From the NCBI GenBank assembly GCA_951406725.2, contig OX597816.1, positions 126,294,001-126,358,000 on the forward strand: a stretch of 64,000 nt of DNA. Reading direction: 5' to 3'. Source of the DNA: Octopus vulgaris (Eukaryota). The translations under genes and the position numbers were made by a program. How positions within the stretch are numbered: position 1 is the first letter of the stretch; each line of letters starts with the position of its first letter. The notes below the pieces were generated by a model. The model worked only from the letters and a program-made list of their open reading frames with translations. It ran no database searches and had not been told where the DNA came from. Below are positions 38,851 through 52,843 of the stretch, piece by piece.

Positions 38851-41195
38851 AGGATGGTGCCAAGTGGACATTTAAAATGTTATGTGAATGAGTGTAGCAA
38901 ACTGAACTAGGAGAGTTTTACATTCAACTTCTTGCTGCTATTGACCAATGAGAATAGCTTGATTACCAACTGGTTACATAAGGATAAATAGTTGACCTCA
39001 AAGTCAACCCTTACTTGATACTCAGTCACGCATGAAGTCTTGTTAAAAGCTTCCTTCTGAAATTATTCAGACAGTCCCAATTTATGAGAGTTTGATGTTT
39101 AAAGATACACATGTATGGGAGGCAGTGGAGTTTCAACAGATCATGACAAATCTCTTTTCAGTTCCATGTAAATATAATTATCTTAAATTTATTTTAAATT
39201 GGAGTATTTTGCAAATCAGATGACTAATGGTAGATTTATTTCGATAAAATCTTGGCTTCACCTATGATACAGTTACATATACTTTATATTTACTCGCTAT
39301 ATTAGTATCTTTTAATTTACAAACAATATTGTTTTGAAAATAATTGATTATTTGGAAAGTAATTTGATGCAAAATAGTTACTTTCATGTATGTCATGCAA
39401 AAACGTTTGATTAAAGCCTTTTTTATTATTAAAGAGAAAGGAGTGTGTTATTGCTGGCAAGTTCAGAATGCTATGTAAAGTGAGTTATTATCTTGTATTA
39501 TTTCTAATTTAATGTAATGTTATTTAATTATAATGATTTCTCATACAGGCATAGAGCTTAACGAATATGGAATAAGAAAGTGAAACATTCATAGCTTTTC
39601 AAAAACCATTAACAAAATAAAGAACATAGTTTGAAAAGGGAATTGAAACTAGGTAGCAGAGCTTACTACTGCAATACAATGCTAAAAGCAAGAAAAAAAT
39701 CCAATAACAAATTTTAAAAGGGGAAAGTAAATCATTTGTTATACTCAAGTGCAAGGAACAGTCTAGCTAAGATAGATAAATGATTTCTAGTTTCACTTAT
39801 CTTATTGACTTTTTCATGATTAAATCAGTAACTGACAAACAGAGCAAACCAAAATTATTTTTAGTTCTTTTACTCCAGGTATGCAACTCATTCATTTCTT
39901 AAGGAGTTGTTCCAATTTTGCTGGATTGATTTTAAGTATTTTTTTCCTTCAGAAGTAAAAGCATGTATTGTATGCATTGAATACTTATTGCAATGATTCT
40001 TCCAAGTTCTATGTGTAATGCTGTATTATAACATCATAAAATTAAAATTTAAAAAAACAATGCTGATAAACACAACTATTTTAAGGGCATAAATGAAGCC
40101 AACTTTTCCTTTATAGAATTAGGAAAGGATTAAAATCTGATTAATATTTGTGAAATAGCGATGGATTCAATGTGAAATGGCAACAGATTCAATGTGAAAT
40201 ATGAATGTTTCTGAAAAATACTGGAATCTACTTGATAAATTTTTAATATTTATGAGGAGATATTTATTTTCTATGCACCTCTTATTCTTTATGGCAAAAG
40301 CGCCCAATCAGGCAAAATGAACAAGAAAGTACTGAAATTAAATAAGACAATGTGGGTCTAGTTAGTTAATACTCAGTTTCGCAGAACCAATAGTTATAAA
40401 GTTAGTTACCAGCTTTAACAATAGGTTCACATCTTATTACATACATTGAAGAGTTGTCCCCTTACAAGACACTTTTTTCTTCTTTAATGTTTCACTTAGA
40501 TTCCTTGCCTACTTTAGAGCTGATTGTTCATAGAAGTATGGATGGGTAATTAACAAAAAACTTGTCTCATTAAAACGAAAATATTCATATTTGTGGGAAG
40601 AATGACAAATCTTTCAACAAACAGAGCTTGCCACTATTTTCATTTCCATATTTTCAGTCACATATATTTCACTTCATTTCTATTTTAAATATCAATAAAA
40701 ACTGAGGAATAAATAATCAAGGGTGTAACTATACATAAATAAATTTCTGATCTGGGGAAAAAAGTTAAAATTACCATATGCCATACCAACATTACCATTC
40801 AGATCTTGTTAAGCTACTTAACTCACAACGACTCCTAATTAAACATCAACAACAGAAAAATAGCTAAATATTAAAATATCTCTTCAGGAACATAACTGAA
40901 TCACCATCTGTGTATCATAATAAATGTATACATACTGTTAGATGGTGTAATTGTCTTAGATATTGTCTTAGATAGGTTTCTTACAAATTTGTATCAGAAT
41001 ATAAATGCTACAGTGACTTATGAGAGTGATAGATTCATTTTGGTTTTGTTGATGCTTGTCAGTGCCAAACTCTCCATTGTCACCAACTTAAATGAAATTC
41101 ATGCTTTGATATTGAAGAAACAGTGAAAGTTTTCATTGGCATTGCAGAAACCTACTGAGCTGTAGAAAATCTCAGTATACACAATTCAAACAGCA

Positions 41196-41372
41196 TTAGT
41201 CCTAAATAGATAGAAAGCTAAGCTTAAACTTTTTTCAACTTACCACAAAATTATCAAATTTATTTCGTTAAAACAGAAATAATTAATTAGAAGATTCTCA
41301 GCTATGCTACTTGTGAGTGTTTGGCATACTCAGCATATAATAATTTATAATTATGAATGCTTCTTATAAAAC
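41196..41372. repeat. ~175-bp direct repeat, copy 1 (partner 41843-42015)
   Basis: Shared CACAAAATTATCAAATTTATT...TTCTCAGCTATGCTACTTG...ATGAATGCTTCTTATAAAA. Confidence 0.9.
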
Positions 41373-41842
41373 TGTGTATAATACTAAATATATACACACA
41401 CCATTAAAAGGCATCATGTCGTCAAACTGTCTGAGATAAAATCCCTTCATAGTTAGGTGACAATTGAATGCACAGCATTCAAACCTTAATAAAGGCAAAA
41501 TTCCTCTGTTGTTCTCATGAGTCACTGCAGTGACAATATTTGGCTTACACTGATATATATTGTGTTTTTAACACCAGTTTATGAAGAAATTTTATCTTGG
41601 ACTATTCGATAGAATTATGCCATGTAATGATGTATATACATTTTGTATGATTCACAAATGATGATTTTAATTTAATGCTGTTTCATTTGCATGTACCAAG
41701 TTTAACATAACATAACTATAATCTCTCAACTCAAGAAAGCCATAAGCTGAATACTTAATTGAAGACAACGATACTGTTCGGAAAGAAGTTTTGGTACCTA
41801 GATTTTTACCATATAGGCTAGTACTATTTAAGCTGGTTGAGC

Positions 41843-42015
41843 TTAGTCCCAAATAAATAGAAAGCTTAAACTCTTTCCAACTTATCACAAAATTATCAAA
41901 TTTATTCAGTTAAAAGAGAAATAATTAATTAGAAAATTCTCAGCTATGCTACTTGCCAGTGTTCAGCATACCTAGCAAGTGATAATTTATAATCATGAAT
42001 GCTTCTTATAAAAAC
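41843..42015. repeat. ~175-bp direct repeat, copy 2
   Basis: Matches 41196-41372 with scattered substitutions. Confidence 0.9.
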
Positions 42016-43254
42016 CTAAGTAATATAGGATCTGTATATATAGAAAGATAACTGACATTTGAAAAGTAGCATAGATGCAGCAGTAGACTCCTAATATATT
42101 CCATTTTTCTCTACCTTTCTTGAAGTGTACATCAATTGCCTTCAAGTGAGTGATTTTAAGTATGATTACTCTTGCTTTTATAAAATCAAATGCTCAGCTG
42201 TGAAGGGAAATTCATACAATCTTCTCTTGCAGCATCAGATACAAGAATGAAAAGGATATATGTAAAAATGTCAGAAAAGTATAAAAGTAATGTAAGTTAT
42301 ACAAACTTTTAAGCAGGATTTTAATGTTACTATTTGAAAACAGCTATATTATTTTAGATTTATAAACAGTAAAAGAAAAAATGATAATCTGATAATATTT
42401 CATTTTTAATGTTAAATCCTACATCTTAAGTTTATAATTAAAATAAAAACAGAAAATGATGAGTATTTAGGTAATAAAATGTATATCGTGTTTAATGCCT
42501 TGCTGTCCCTGGCTTATATCTAAACTAATAAGATTATATAGAGCTCAAGAGTCAATTTTTCTTGGCAAAGATTTCAGTTTGGCACATATTATCCCATGCC
42601 AAGAATTTCAAGCAACAGAAGAAGCCAATTTACAATGCTTGTTGAGCAGAATTACTAAGTCTTGTTTCAGTACAATAGAAACTATATATTTTATAGGTAA
42701 AGCTAAAAGCTTTCTAGGAACAAAACTCTAGTCTTCTCTATAATCGATAAAGATTTAAGCCAACAATATCAGTGAGTAAATTTGACAAAAGCATAGAATA
42801 AAAGATCAAAAGAAAGAAATACGAATGCTATAGACATTGGCTACTGAGTATCTCAGATAAAATATAGCAATGCATAGTAATGGTTATTTCTGCAACTCTT
42901 CCTTATTTTATATGCATTTCTGATTTATATTCCTGTTGTTACTAAAAAAAACTTTAAATGAAATATCTGGTAAACGCATATTTATAAAAAATAACATGTT
43001 TTGTATACCAAATGGTTATTTACAGATTCAAAATTAGTAATATAAAAATAGGTCTTTCAATGGAAATGAAGGATTGCAATATTTAGTCTCCTTATTTTTA
43101 CACTTATTCATTTGCTAGGGTGTTTTGAGTTATTTGAAATGAAGATAAATTTATATATTTTTTTCGTTTATGCAAAAAATATTGAAGCTATAAATAATAG
43201 ATATATGATGAAAACGAGTCTTGGTGCTTAACTTGTAAACTTGACATATACAAA

Positions 43255-43301
43255 TATATATATAATACATAACATACACACACATATACATGAATACAAA
43301 T

Positions 43302-43332
<31 letters not shown>

Positions 43333-43368
43333 CACACATATACATACATACATACATACATACATACA

Positions 43369-43399
<31 letters not shown>

Positions 43400-43400
43400 G
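43255..43400. repeat. (CA)n/(TA)n/(CATA)n microsatellite
   Basis: Seen directly in the sequence. Confidence 0.9.
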
Positions 43401-44240
43401 CACACTATTGTTCTATTTGAATTTATGTACACCTTTTAATTACTTGCTCTGAATGTGTCTTTTAAAAATGTCAAAAATTAACTAAAATGTTTATTTAAAA
43501 ATGCAATTTTCTTCAAGCTGTTAATCAAACAAACAATTTTGAACGATGTTACAATCTTTACAGTAAATAAATGAATCAGTAAAATGTATTTTGTTGTTGT
43601 AGATATAAACACAAATATGCTCTAAACATCTAAAATATTTTCCCATTCCTTTTTAAAATTAATAACCTTATTAAGATATATTATGTGATATAGAAATATT
43701 AATGGATAAATTTGGCAGCGGTTACATGTGTTTAAAAGAACGTCTGCAGCACAGAGAAATGTCTCAGAATATATGTGACACTTATTAAATTGAATGTGGA
43801 GGATTGAAAGGAATATTAGCCTTATCAGGATGTAGAATTGAAATTTAAAAGAATGTAACTAAATGCATAGCAGTATTTATTGCAATACTCTGCTAGTTTT
43901 GTCACTCATCATTGCCCTTTATAGGAGAGAAGCCAATTCTCCCTTAAATTACACCATATAGTCTAAAAAGGAATGACATTAGATAATTTAAAGATGTAGA
44001 ATGATTATGATTGCATCTAGTTGGGAATAAACAATAACAGTGTTAGATAGTCAGGATTAAATAATGATACTTGTGAAACGTTCAATTGTAGTAAATGACA
44101 ATCATTGTTGTCACTTCTTTAGTTAAGAAATCATCTGCTCTCTTTTTGTCTTAGAGAATGTATGGAATAAGGGAAACCATTCAAGAAAAACAGAGAAGTG
44201 TTAATGACAGAAAGGGCATCTAGCTGTATTAAAATTCTTC

Positions 44241-44296
<56 letters not shown>

Positions 44297-44468
44297 AACA
44301 AGAACGAAAATGCTACTTTCTTAAAATTGAGTACATTTTAATTTTCCTTTCAGTTTTTGAAAAACCTTATCAAAAATATGTACTAAAATGGAATATGTAA
44401 AGAGAAAAGAACTATTAAAAAATTAAATTAAAATTAAGATTAACATTCCTAGTTTACTTTCCTTTTTC

Positions 44469-44846
44469 CTTTTGTAAGCTGCCATTTGAGCTACCACACC
44501 TGTCATCCTCTACCATTCTTTCAACCCCTTCCTCTGCTCATCAATACTCTATCCAATTTAATCATGCCACTACACATTTCCAAGTGTTTTTTTGTCCACT
44601 TACATTTCCAGCAGCTCCAAACAAATAACCTCTCAATAACTTCCTATGAGCTGCAAGTTAAATCATAACAGCCTCTATCAAATTTAGCTTCTCTTTCTGA
44701 GCCTCACTGTCACTTCTTTTGACCTTCTGCCCAGGTCAGTAGTTCATCTACCACCGTTTCCTCCCACTTTTCATTTTCAAATACAGTCAACTAAATAAGG
44801 CTGTATAAAAACCACCTCTCCCAGAATTATCGTTGTATCTTGAATA
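44469..44846 (-). repeat. ~380-bp inverted copy of LINE-internal segment 45867-46253
   Basis: For example CACACCTGTCATCCTCTACCATTCTTTCAACCCCTTCC versus GGAAGGGGTTGAAAGAATGGTAGAGGATGACAGGTGTG. Confidence 0.9.
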
Positions 44847-45399
44847 CATATAAAACTTATTGTATTTCTTTTCTAACATTTTCCTCTGTGTTGTTATCTG
44901 TCTTTCTTTTTTACCTTCTTCTCCTTCTCCTTCTTTCTCCATTGCTCTTTGTCTCTCTCTCTTTCACTCTACCCTCTAACATTTTTCTCCCCCTGCCATA
45001 TGACCTGAAGTCATCATCACCTCTCTTCTTTTCTCTTCTATTCCCGAATTCCTAGGCAACCACTCATGTTTTTCCTGTTTCCCACTTTCAACAGGCTTTG
45101 TTCCTTCCATTTCCTTCTCAGCACTGTTCCTTCTATTTCCAGTCGTTCAGGATACTTTTCCTAGAGTTACCCATGTATTCGTCTCATGTTTGAGCCATAA
45201 GACCTTATTCTGTTTATTTATTTCATTTTGTTTTTATGTCTACATTCTGTCAGGCTTGTTTTCATCTCTGTCCCTTGTTTATTCACTATTTGTTTCATCT
45301 TGAATATTATTTTGTTTGTATATTGTACATTTATTTAAATTCTGTCGTACTTGGTCTCTTGTTTGTTTACTTGCTATTTTCCAGTGGCTACTTGTCACT

Positions 45400-47395
45400 A
45401 AAAGTACTAAGTTTGAGTTATTTGACCAAAATCTTTAATGAAGCAAGAGTATCCAAAAGTCGTGTAGATATGGTTAGCATGATGAAAGTGCATGAATGGT
45501 CGGTGATATTGAAAATGATGACTAGAAAGTTCTTGGCAGATGTCATTTCAAGATATGCCTTACAAGTGAGTCAGGACGTTGTAAAGAAGGATAAGTTTTG
45601 GTAAGCAATTGAGGAACAGATGGAAAACATGAAAGACAAGAAAGTTGTCACTGCTGGAGAGGACAGCCTTGAATGGCTATGTGGGAAGACAAATGAATGG
45701 CTTAGTGGGAGCTAAAGGTAGTCATAGATATTGTGTGTATAACAGAAGAAGTGAAATGATTTTGAAGTTTGTTAATCTATTATCAGAAAGCTGATAATAA
45801 ACATAGACATAGGTTTTGGTTGGCAGCAACTATCGACTACTTGAATGTAGGCGAGAGAAAAATGAATATTCAAGATACAACGATAATTCTGAGAGAGGTG
45901 GTTTTTATATAGCCTTATTTAGTTGACTGTGTTTGAAAATGAAAAGTAGGAGGAAACAGTGGTAGATGAACTACTGACCTGGGCAGAAGGTCAAAATAAG
46001 TGACAGTGAGGCTCAGAAAGAGAAGCTGAATTCGATAGAGGGTGTTATGATTTAACTTGCAGCTCATAAGAAGTAATTGAAAGGTTATTTGTTTGGAGCT
46101 GCTAGAAATGTAAGTAGATAAAAGAACTACTAAAACACTTGGAAATGTGTAGTGGTATGATTAAATTGGATAGAGTATTGATAAGCAGAGGAAGGGGTTG
46201 AAAGAATGGTAGAGGATGACAGGTGTGGTAGCACAAATGGTAGCTTACAAAAGTTATAAGGTGGCCAAGAAGGTTGCAACGAAAGAGCTAGTAAGAGCAG
46301 AAAGGACACATAGGAAAATTTCTGTGAAATGCATATATTTAGAAGAATCAACGAAGGGTTTTAAAGGTTGCTAAGTAGTTGGTGAGAAATATGATGTGCG
46401 ATGGGTGAGCTGCTTCAAGGACAAAGTAGGACAAATTGCTGTAAACTCTGATGTAAGTTAGATAGTATTGTATCATAAAGAGCAGTGAGTGAAAAAGAAA
46501 CTGAGGAAGCATTCAGAGTGATGAAGAATGGAAAAGTAAAAGGGTTAATAGAAGTTGTGAGAGAGATGTTGAAGGCACCAGAAAGATAACATGTGAAAAA
46601 AAAATAGATTTGTAGATTTATGGAAAAAGAAGATGGCATGCTAGTGAATCAAATAGGTCTATCCTTTTGCAGAAGGAAAATGACCAATTTCTAAACTGTG
46701 ATTTATATAGAGCAATTACGTTATTGGAACAAAGCATGAAGGTATTGGAATGAGTGTAAGAGAAAAGAGTGAGGAAGAAAATGAAGATTGAAGATATGCA
46801 AATCAAAAAGATGAAATGTAGGGTAGAGGAAATAACTGATGCAATTTTTCTTGTAAGGCAGTGAGAGGAAGAAGTTGTACCTTAGATTTGTTTAATTGAA
46901 AAATACTTTTGATAAGGTTTCACATGAAGTGGTAACTTTGGCATTGAGAAGGTTAAGAGTGGCAGAGTAGTGATGATGGTGTATAAGATGATTAGATTAG
47001 TAATGCTGATGTATAAGAGAGCAGTTAGTCATAAAATGAAGAATAGGATCAGTGATGAGTTTGAAGTGAAGATTAGAATGCAACATTCCATTGCTATTTG
47101 TAGTTGTAAGGAAGACATTGGCTCAAAACATAGTGGCAAGATTACTATGTGAATTAATGTACCCAGATGCAATTTACCATGGAAGCTGCTGTACATAGAT
47201 GATAATAGAAGACAGTATGGATAGGTTGGTGGTGAAGAAATATATTTTGAAGGAATATATAGATGCAAAGGGAAAGAAGATGAATATCAAAAATACAAAA
47301 TTAATGGCAAGTGGTAAAGCATGTATTGCAGTAAAAACAACAGGGAAGCAACCATATGCAGTGTGAAGTAAGAATATTGGAGTGAACTCCATTAC
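45400..47395 (+). mobile_element. Old, heavily mutated RTE LINE (APE endonuclease and RT relics)
   Basis: DVISRYALQVSQDVVKKDKFW (YAPQ-type APE motif), LYRAITLLEQSMKVLE, TDAIFLVRQ and LPWKLLYIDD. Confidence 0.8.
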
Positions 47396-47524
47396 ACATA
47401 CAATATGCATTGGGTATGTGTATGCATGTATGTATGTATCTATGATGATGATACATATAATACATATATGTGTGTGTGCATAAGTACACCAACACACACA
47501 CATATATATATATGTGTATATATA

Positions 47525-47564
<40 letters not shown>

Positions 47565-47567
<3 letters not shown>

Positions 47568-47715
47568 GGCAGGTTCTGTGCAGTTTCCATCTATTAAATT
47601 CATTTGGAAGACATTAGTTGGCATGGGTCTATAATAGAAGATACTTGTCCAAAATATTGTACTATGAGACTGCACTTGAAACCATGAAGCTGCAACGTAA
47701 AATTCTTAAACAAAC
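47565..47715 (-). mobile_element. SINE 5' half, degenerate
   Basis: CAGTTTCCATCTATTAAATTCA...CTATAATAGAAGATACTTGTCCAA is the reverse complement of the 48011 family core. Confidence 0.65.
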
Positions 47716-47741
47716 ATACATGCATACACACATGCATGCAT

Positions 47742-47790
<49 letters not shown>

Positions 47791-48010
47791 CACACACATA
47801 TATTTGTAATTGAATAACATGATATAAGAAAATATGCAGTTTTTGATATGTTATCAGTATTGTCAATCATAAAATTAATATCAAAAAGAGACAAGCCTAT
47901 GTTACTTATATAAATGTTTAAAAATGTTTTAATTGACAAATAAATACATTAATAAGAATCTGAAAGAGAATGTCTTTTCCTGATTTTAAAATTTCAAAAT
48001 TTGTAAAATA

Positions 48011-48187
48011 GACACAGGAGATGCTGTGGGGTAAGTAGCTTGCTTACCAACCGCATTGTTCCTGGTTCAGTTTCACTGCATGGCACCTTGGACAAGTGTC
48101 TTCTACTATAGCCTCAGACCGACCAAAGCCTTGTGAGTGGATTTAATAGATGGAAACTGAAAGAAGCCAGTCGTATATATATGAGTG

Positions 48188-48220
<33 letters not shown>

Positions 48221-48441
48221 TTGTGTGTATGTTTGTGTGTCTGTGTTTGTCCCCCAACCATTGCTTGCCAACCAATGTTGGTGTGTTTACATCTCTGTAA
48301 CTTAGCAGTTCAGCAAAAGAGCCCAACAGAATAAGTACTAGGCTTACAGAAAATAAGTCCTGGGATTGATTTGTTCAACTAAAGGCAGTGCTCCAGCATG
48401 GCCACTGTCAAATGGCTGAAACAAACAAAAGAATAAAAGAA
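48011..48441 (+). mobile_element. Full-length tRNA-derived octopus-type SINE with an internal (GT)n microsatellite
   Basis: A-box-like GCTGTGGGGTAAG, B-box-like GGTTCAGTTTC, core GGCACCTTGGACAAGTGTCTTCTACTATAGCC and tail GCTGAAACAAACAAAAGAATAAAAGA. Several copies occur in the window. Confidence 0.85.
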
Positions 48442-50004
48442 TGGTATATTCAGTGATTATAAATTAAGTTTTTAGATAATCATTTCAAGCTCTTTTGTTT
48501 GTATTTCATTCCTAATTATTTGCCAAAATTTCCAGGTAAATAGCCTAACCTGAGAATTAGATAATAATTAAAAGCTAAATATGTGACTTATGATTAATTG
48601 GTTACTTCTATGAAATATATGTTTAATATGTTAGTTATTGTTTATATCTTGCAACAATCCATTGTATGACAACAATGTATTTATAATTCTTTTAATAGCC
48701 AAGGAAAATTTAATAAAAATTTTTGTTTCATTGTTTGTGAAAATATTTTTGCTGATAAAATTTTGCTAAATGATTTCATTTTCTTTGTGAATCATGATGT
48801 CCCAATCAGAAATTTACAAATACACTTTTTCATCATTTTCATCTATGATAAAAGGTATCATTTTCAAAGATCTATACAATATATTGACTATGAATAGAGT
48901 GTAATCTGAAAGTATTTTAAGACCAAAATAAAAATAATATACTCAGTAATGAATATATTTTATCATACATTGATGTAGAATGTTAAATCTAATTTACATA
49001 GATAAAGTGCATACAAACTCAGAGATATATACATAACTTAGTCATATATAAAGGTATATGTACATCTTTATTAGTAATCCATTGTGGCATATTTCATTTA
49101 TGACAATACAGTGCACTGGTTCATTCATGTCCACTATATTTTATAGTTCCTATGAGTATTTTCTTGTAAAATGCTAGATGGAAAAAGATTACTGGCCGAT
49201 AGATCAGCCCTTCTCTATTTCTTGGAGGAAAAAGGCATTATGACAGATCCCCACTTTTCTCTCACAATGTAGTGTAGCTGATTCTGAGAGTGTGAGAAGG
49301 GAAAAGAGCAAGAGAGTGGAAAAATCAATCCAATATTTGACTGATGCATTACTTATTGACTGCAGAGATTTGCAGGACAAAGTTGACCTGAGTGTAATTT
49401 GAACAAAGGATACAAAGAGCTGGAACAATTAATGCAAAGAATTTGTGCAATGCATTAGTAATTCCACCAATCATCAGTTCTAGTTGCATACATACATACA
49501 TGTATTGTTAACTCATCTCTAGCATTCCTTTCCCTTCTGCTACTTATCTGTTTGTTCTTTTGTTTAACCATTTGAGATCAGTGTTGTTGGAGTCAGGGAG
49601 TATTAAAATGGAAACTGTAATGTTTATGAGTCACCCAAGAGATTTAGAAGAAGGGAGTGTAACACCAACAACCATAATCAAGCTTAGGTTGCTAACTTAT
49701 CTCACCAGGAACTTACCACCTATGCTAATAGCTTTCACTCCATGGTTAATGTGATAAGAAAAAATTTGCTTCAGTAATCTCTATATTAATAACTGCTGAT
49801 ATCTACAAATGTTGGTTGGCTGGTTGAATGATTTCTTCAGTTAAACTTTACATCATAGAGAGAGGGGTAGAAAGTGTCAAAGGTACAGTGAGTGAGAGAG
49901 AAAGTGGGAGAGAGCGAGAGACAGGGTTAACATAAGAGGTGCAGGATGAGTGTTTCATGGGAAGCAATGAGTAAAATAACATTACTTGCACACTGTATGT
50001 GTGT

Positions 50005-50053
<49 letters not shown>

Positions 50054-50334
50054 AGTGAGAAGGCCGTAACTTCAGTTTGGTATTCTACCAGCTATTTTGA
50101 TTTTTAAGATTTTTGTAACATTCTGAAAACTACACATTCTTTTTTAATGAAATCTTACAGAGATAGGTTTTTGATTCAGTTTATTGCAAATATAATTATA
50201 AAGTTTTGAAAAATAATTTCTGTGGGGAATTTTGGGACTATTTTCTCTCCTATCACAGTACTAATTTCTGTAACTTCTGCATTTTTCACTTTCATGTACC
50301 ATGAAACTACTAGCTATTTATAGCTAGTATTTTT

Positions 50335-50520
50335 TTCAGTCTTTTAACTGTGGCCATACTGGAGCACCACCTTTAGTCAAGCAAATCGACCCCAGGACTT
50401 ATTCTTTGTAAGCCTATTTTATTGATCTCTTTTGCCGAACTGCTAAGTTATGGGGGATGTAAACACACCAGCATTGGTTGTCAAGCGATGTTGGAAGGAC
50501 AAACACAGGCACACAAGCAT
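50335..50520 (-). mobile_element. SINE 3' half
   Basis: GGCCATACTGGAGCACCACCTTTAGTC...CTGCTAAGTTA...GGTTGTCAAGCGATG. Confidence 0.8.
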
Positions 50521-50626
50521 ATACATACATAAATACACACAAACACATATATATATATCTATATATATATATATGTATGCATGTATGCATATATATATAC
50601 ACATACATATATATATATGTGTATAT

Positions 50627-50688
<62 letters not shown>

Positions 50689-50690
<2 letters not shown>

Positions 50691-50924
50691 AGGAGTTAAG
50701 GATGGAATTGATAAAATCTAGGCTACATATGTTTCTTCATGAGTGGAACCTCGAAAGTGGTAAATATCCAAGTCAGGTGTATACTGCAGGCTACTCCAAG
50801 TCAGGTGTATACTCAGGCCAAGGATATTTTGATTAAATGAAGTTTACATTGTCGTTAGGAGGCCCATATTGGCACACAAAGGATTCGATCAGAATGTGCA
50901 GAGCACATGGTTTGAGAGGAGACT
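50689..50924 (-). mobile_element. (TA)n-flanked ~235-bp insert with a degenerate hammerhead-like motif
   Basis: (TA)n on both sides. The minus strand has GAAAC-ATAT-GTA^GCC and an upstream GGC-CTGAGTA. Confidence 0.45.
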
Positions 50925-51974
50925 ATATATATATATATAATGTCAGTAATGTTGATCTTTGTAAGCATCTGAGGAATCGACATGTGTTTTGTAAATAATA
51001 TCTATGGTTACTAAGATAAATTAAACTAACTTAATTACCATTGTATAGTATATTGCACAAATAATAAAACACTATGTTTTGTAATTTTTGAAGACATTCC
51101 AGAATTCTAGAATGACAGCTATGTATCCCTTGTGTAACTGATAGTGTAATATGATTAAAGAACAGCTCCTATATCGTCATATCATGAAAAAAATTTCACT
51201 AAACAAAGAAACTAGCAAAAAAGTGAGCCTGGTGAAAGTTTTCTTTCAAAATTTGTTTATCTTTATCAGTTAAAAGGAATTAACATTTTGTTAACAATTT
51301 TAAAAAAATCTTACTACCTTATATACCATCTCTAAGGAAACATCATAATTACAATGCTTGGACCATATTATCAAGTGAAATGACCATCACTCAGGAGTAT
51401 ATGTAAAGTTTTTTTTCCAATATTTTTTCATGAAGCTACAAAATGGTACAAACTAAAGCAAGGAAAGCAACAGAGTTTAATACAGGAGAGAAAAAGAAAA
51501 TAAGGAAAACTACAAATTTGATAAAAGTTAAATTGTAATTATTGCATGTATATCATATTTCACAATATTAGTTTTGGTGGCAATTGTATATAAACAACTT
51601 ACCAGCATATTGCAACATACTTAAAAAAAATACAGGTATCCCCTTATTACAGACACTCCGGGTATGGGGCTTTATGCTAATGGAAATTATAAAGTCTAGT
51701 TACTAATTTCAGGATACAGTCTGTAATTTCACCCTTATGGAAACTTGCATGAATTAACAATTTAAAACTTGACATTCTTCTTAGCCAAAAGGCAACTTCT
51801 AAGCATTTTAGCTAAGATCAAAATATAGATAACGATTTGAAAAACTATAATCACAATGCATATATATGTGCTTGTGTGCATCACTATAAACACTCACAGA
51901 GTGTGTGTGGCAGAATTTTTCACTGAATATTTGTGGATGTTTGAGTATGTTTTCCTATGATACAATGAGTATCT

Positions 51975-52005
51975 ATATGTCTGTCAATCTATCTGTCTGT
52001 CTATC

Positions 52006-52067
<62 letters not shown>

Positions 52068-52180
52068 CTGTATGTCTATCTTCTTGTCTGTCTGTGTTAA
52101 TATGTGTTTATATATATTTATAGTTATATGTATTATATATATATGTATTATATATATAGATATATATATAGAGAGAGGGG
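51975..52180. repeat. (TATC)n/(TGTC)n and (TA)n microsatellites
   Basis: Seen directly in the sequence. Confidence 0.9.
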
Positions 52181-52843
52181 GGGAGAAAGAGACACACAGA
52201 AAAATACCAATCTTCACCATCACCTCTATCTATTATCAATACCATCACAATCACTATCAACACCAAAACTAATACAATCACTACCATTATCAACTGCTTA
52301 ATGACCAACAACAACCACAGAAACAAGAGAATGAACAAGGTAAGTGATCTATCTAAACTAAAAAACAGTCAAACGAGATAATGTAATACCCTTGTGTATT
52401 TTAAAAGTTAAATGAAATGTTTGATCTTTAGTCAATGAGGATCGATGTGAGACTAAACAGCAACAACAATACAATTTGCAAAAACAATATGACCACTGCC
52501 ACCACTAGCAGTATTTCCACTATCACCTCCCTGTGCCATTATCATATTCAAGCAAACAAATACGACCTTCATCACCACCACTATCAACCTACCAAGTTTT
52601 GAGTAAATGTTACCAATTAGTTATCTAAAATTAACTGTTGCCAATTAGTTATTCAAAATTAACTGTTATCAGTTAGAGAGTGGGAGTTTTTATGGCTCAA
52701 ACCAGAGGTGCCAAGGTAAAGTTTCTGTGTACCTAGTAACCGTTCAACTAACTGTAATACAATACTTCTTCATATTCCATAAAAATAAAGCAAATTTTTG
52801 CTCCCACACAATATTTCCTTATTTTGTGCAATTTTTCCTAATA

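Noticed and set aside
48011-48090. tRNA-like A/B boxes
   Set aside because: This is the head of a SINE, not a tRNA gene; no complete cloverleaf.
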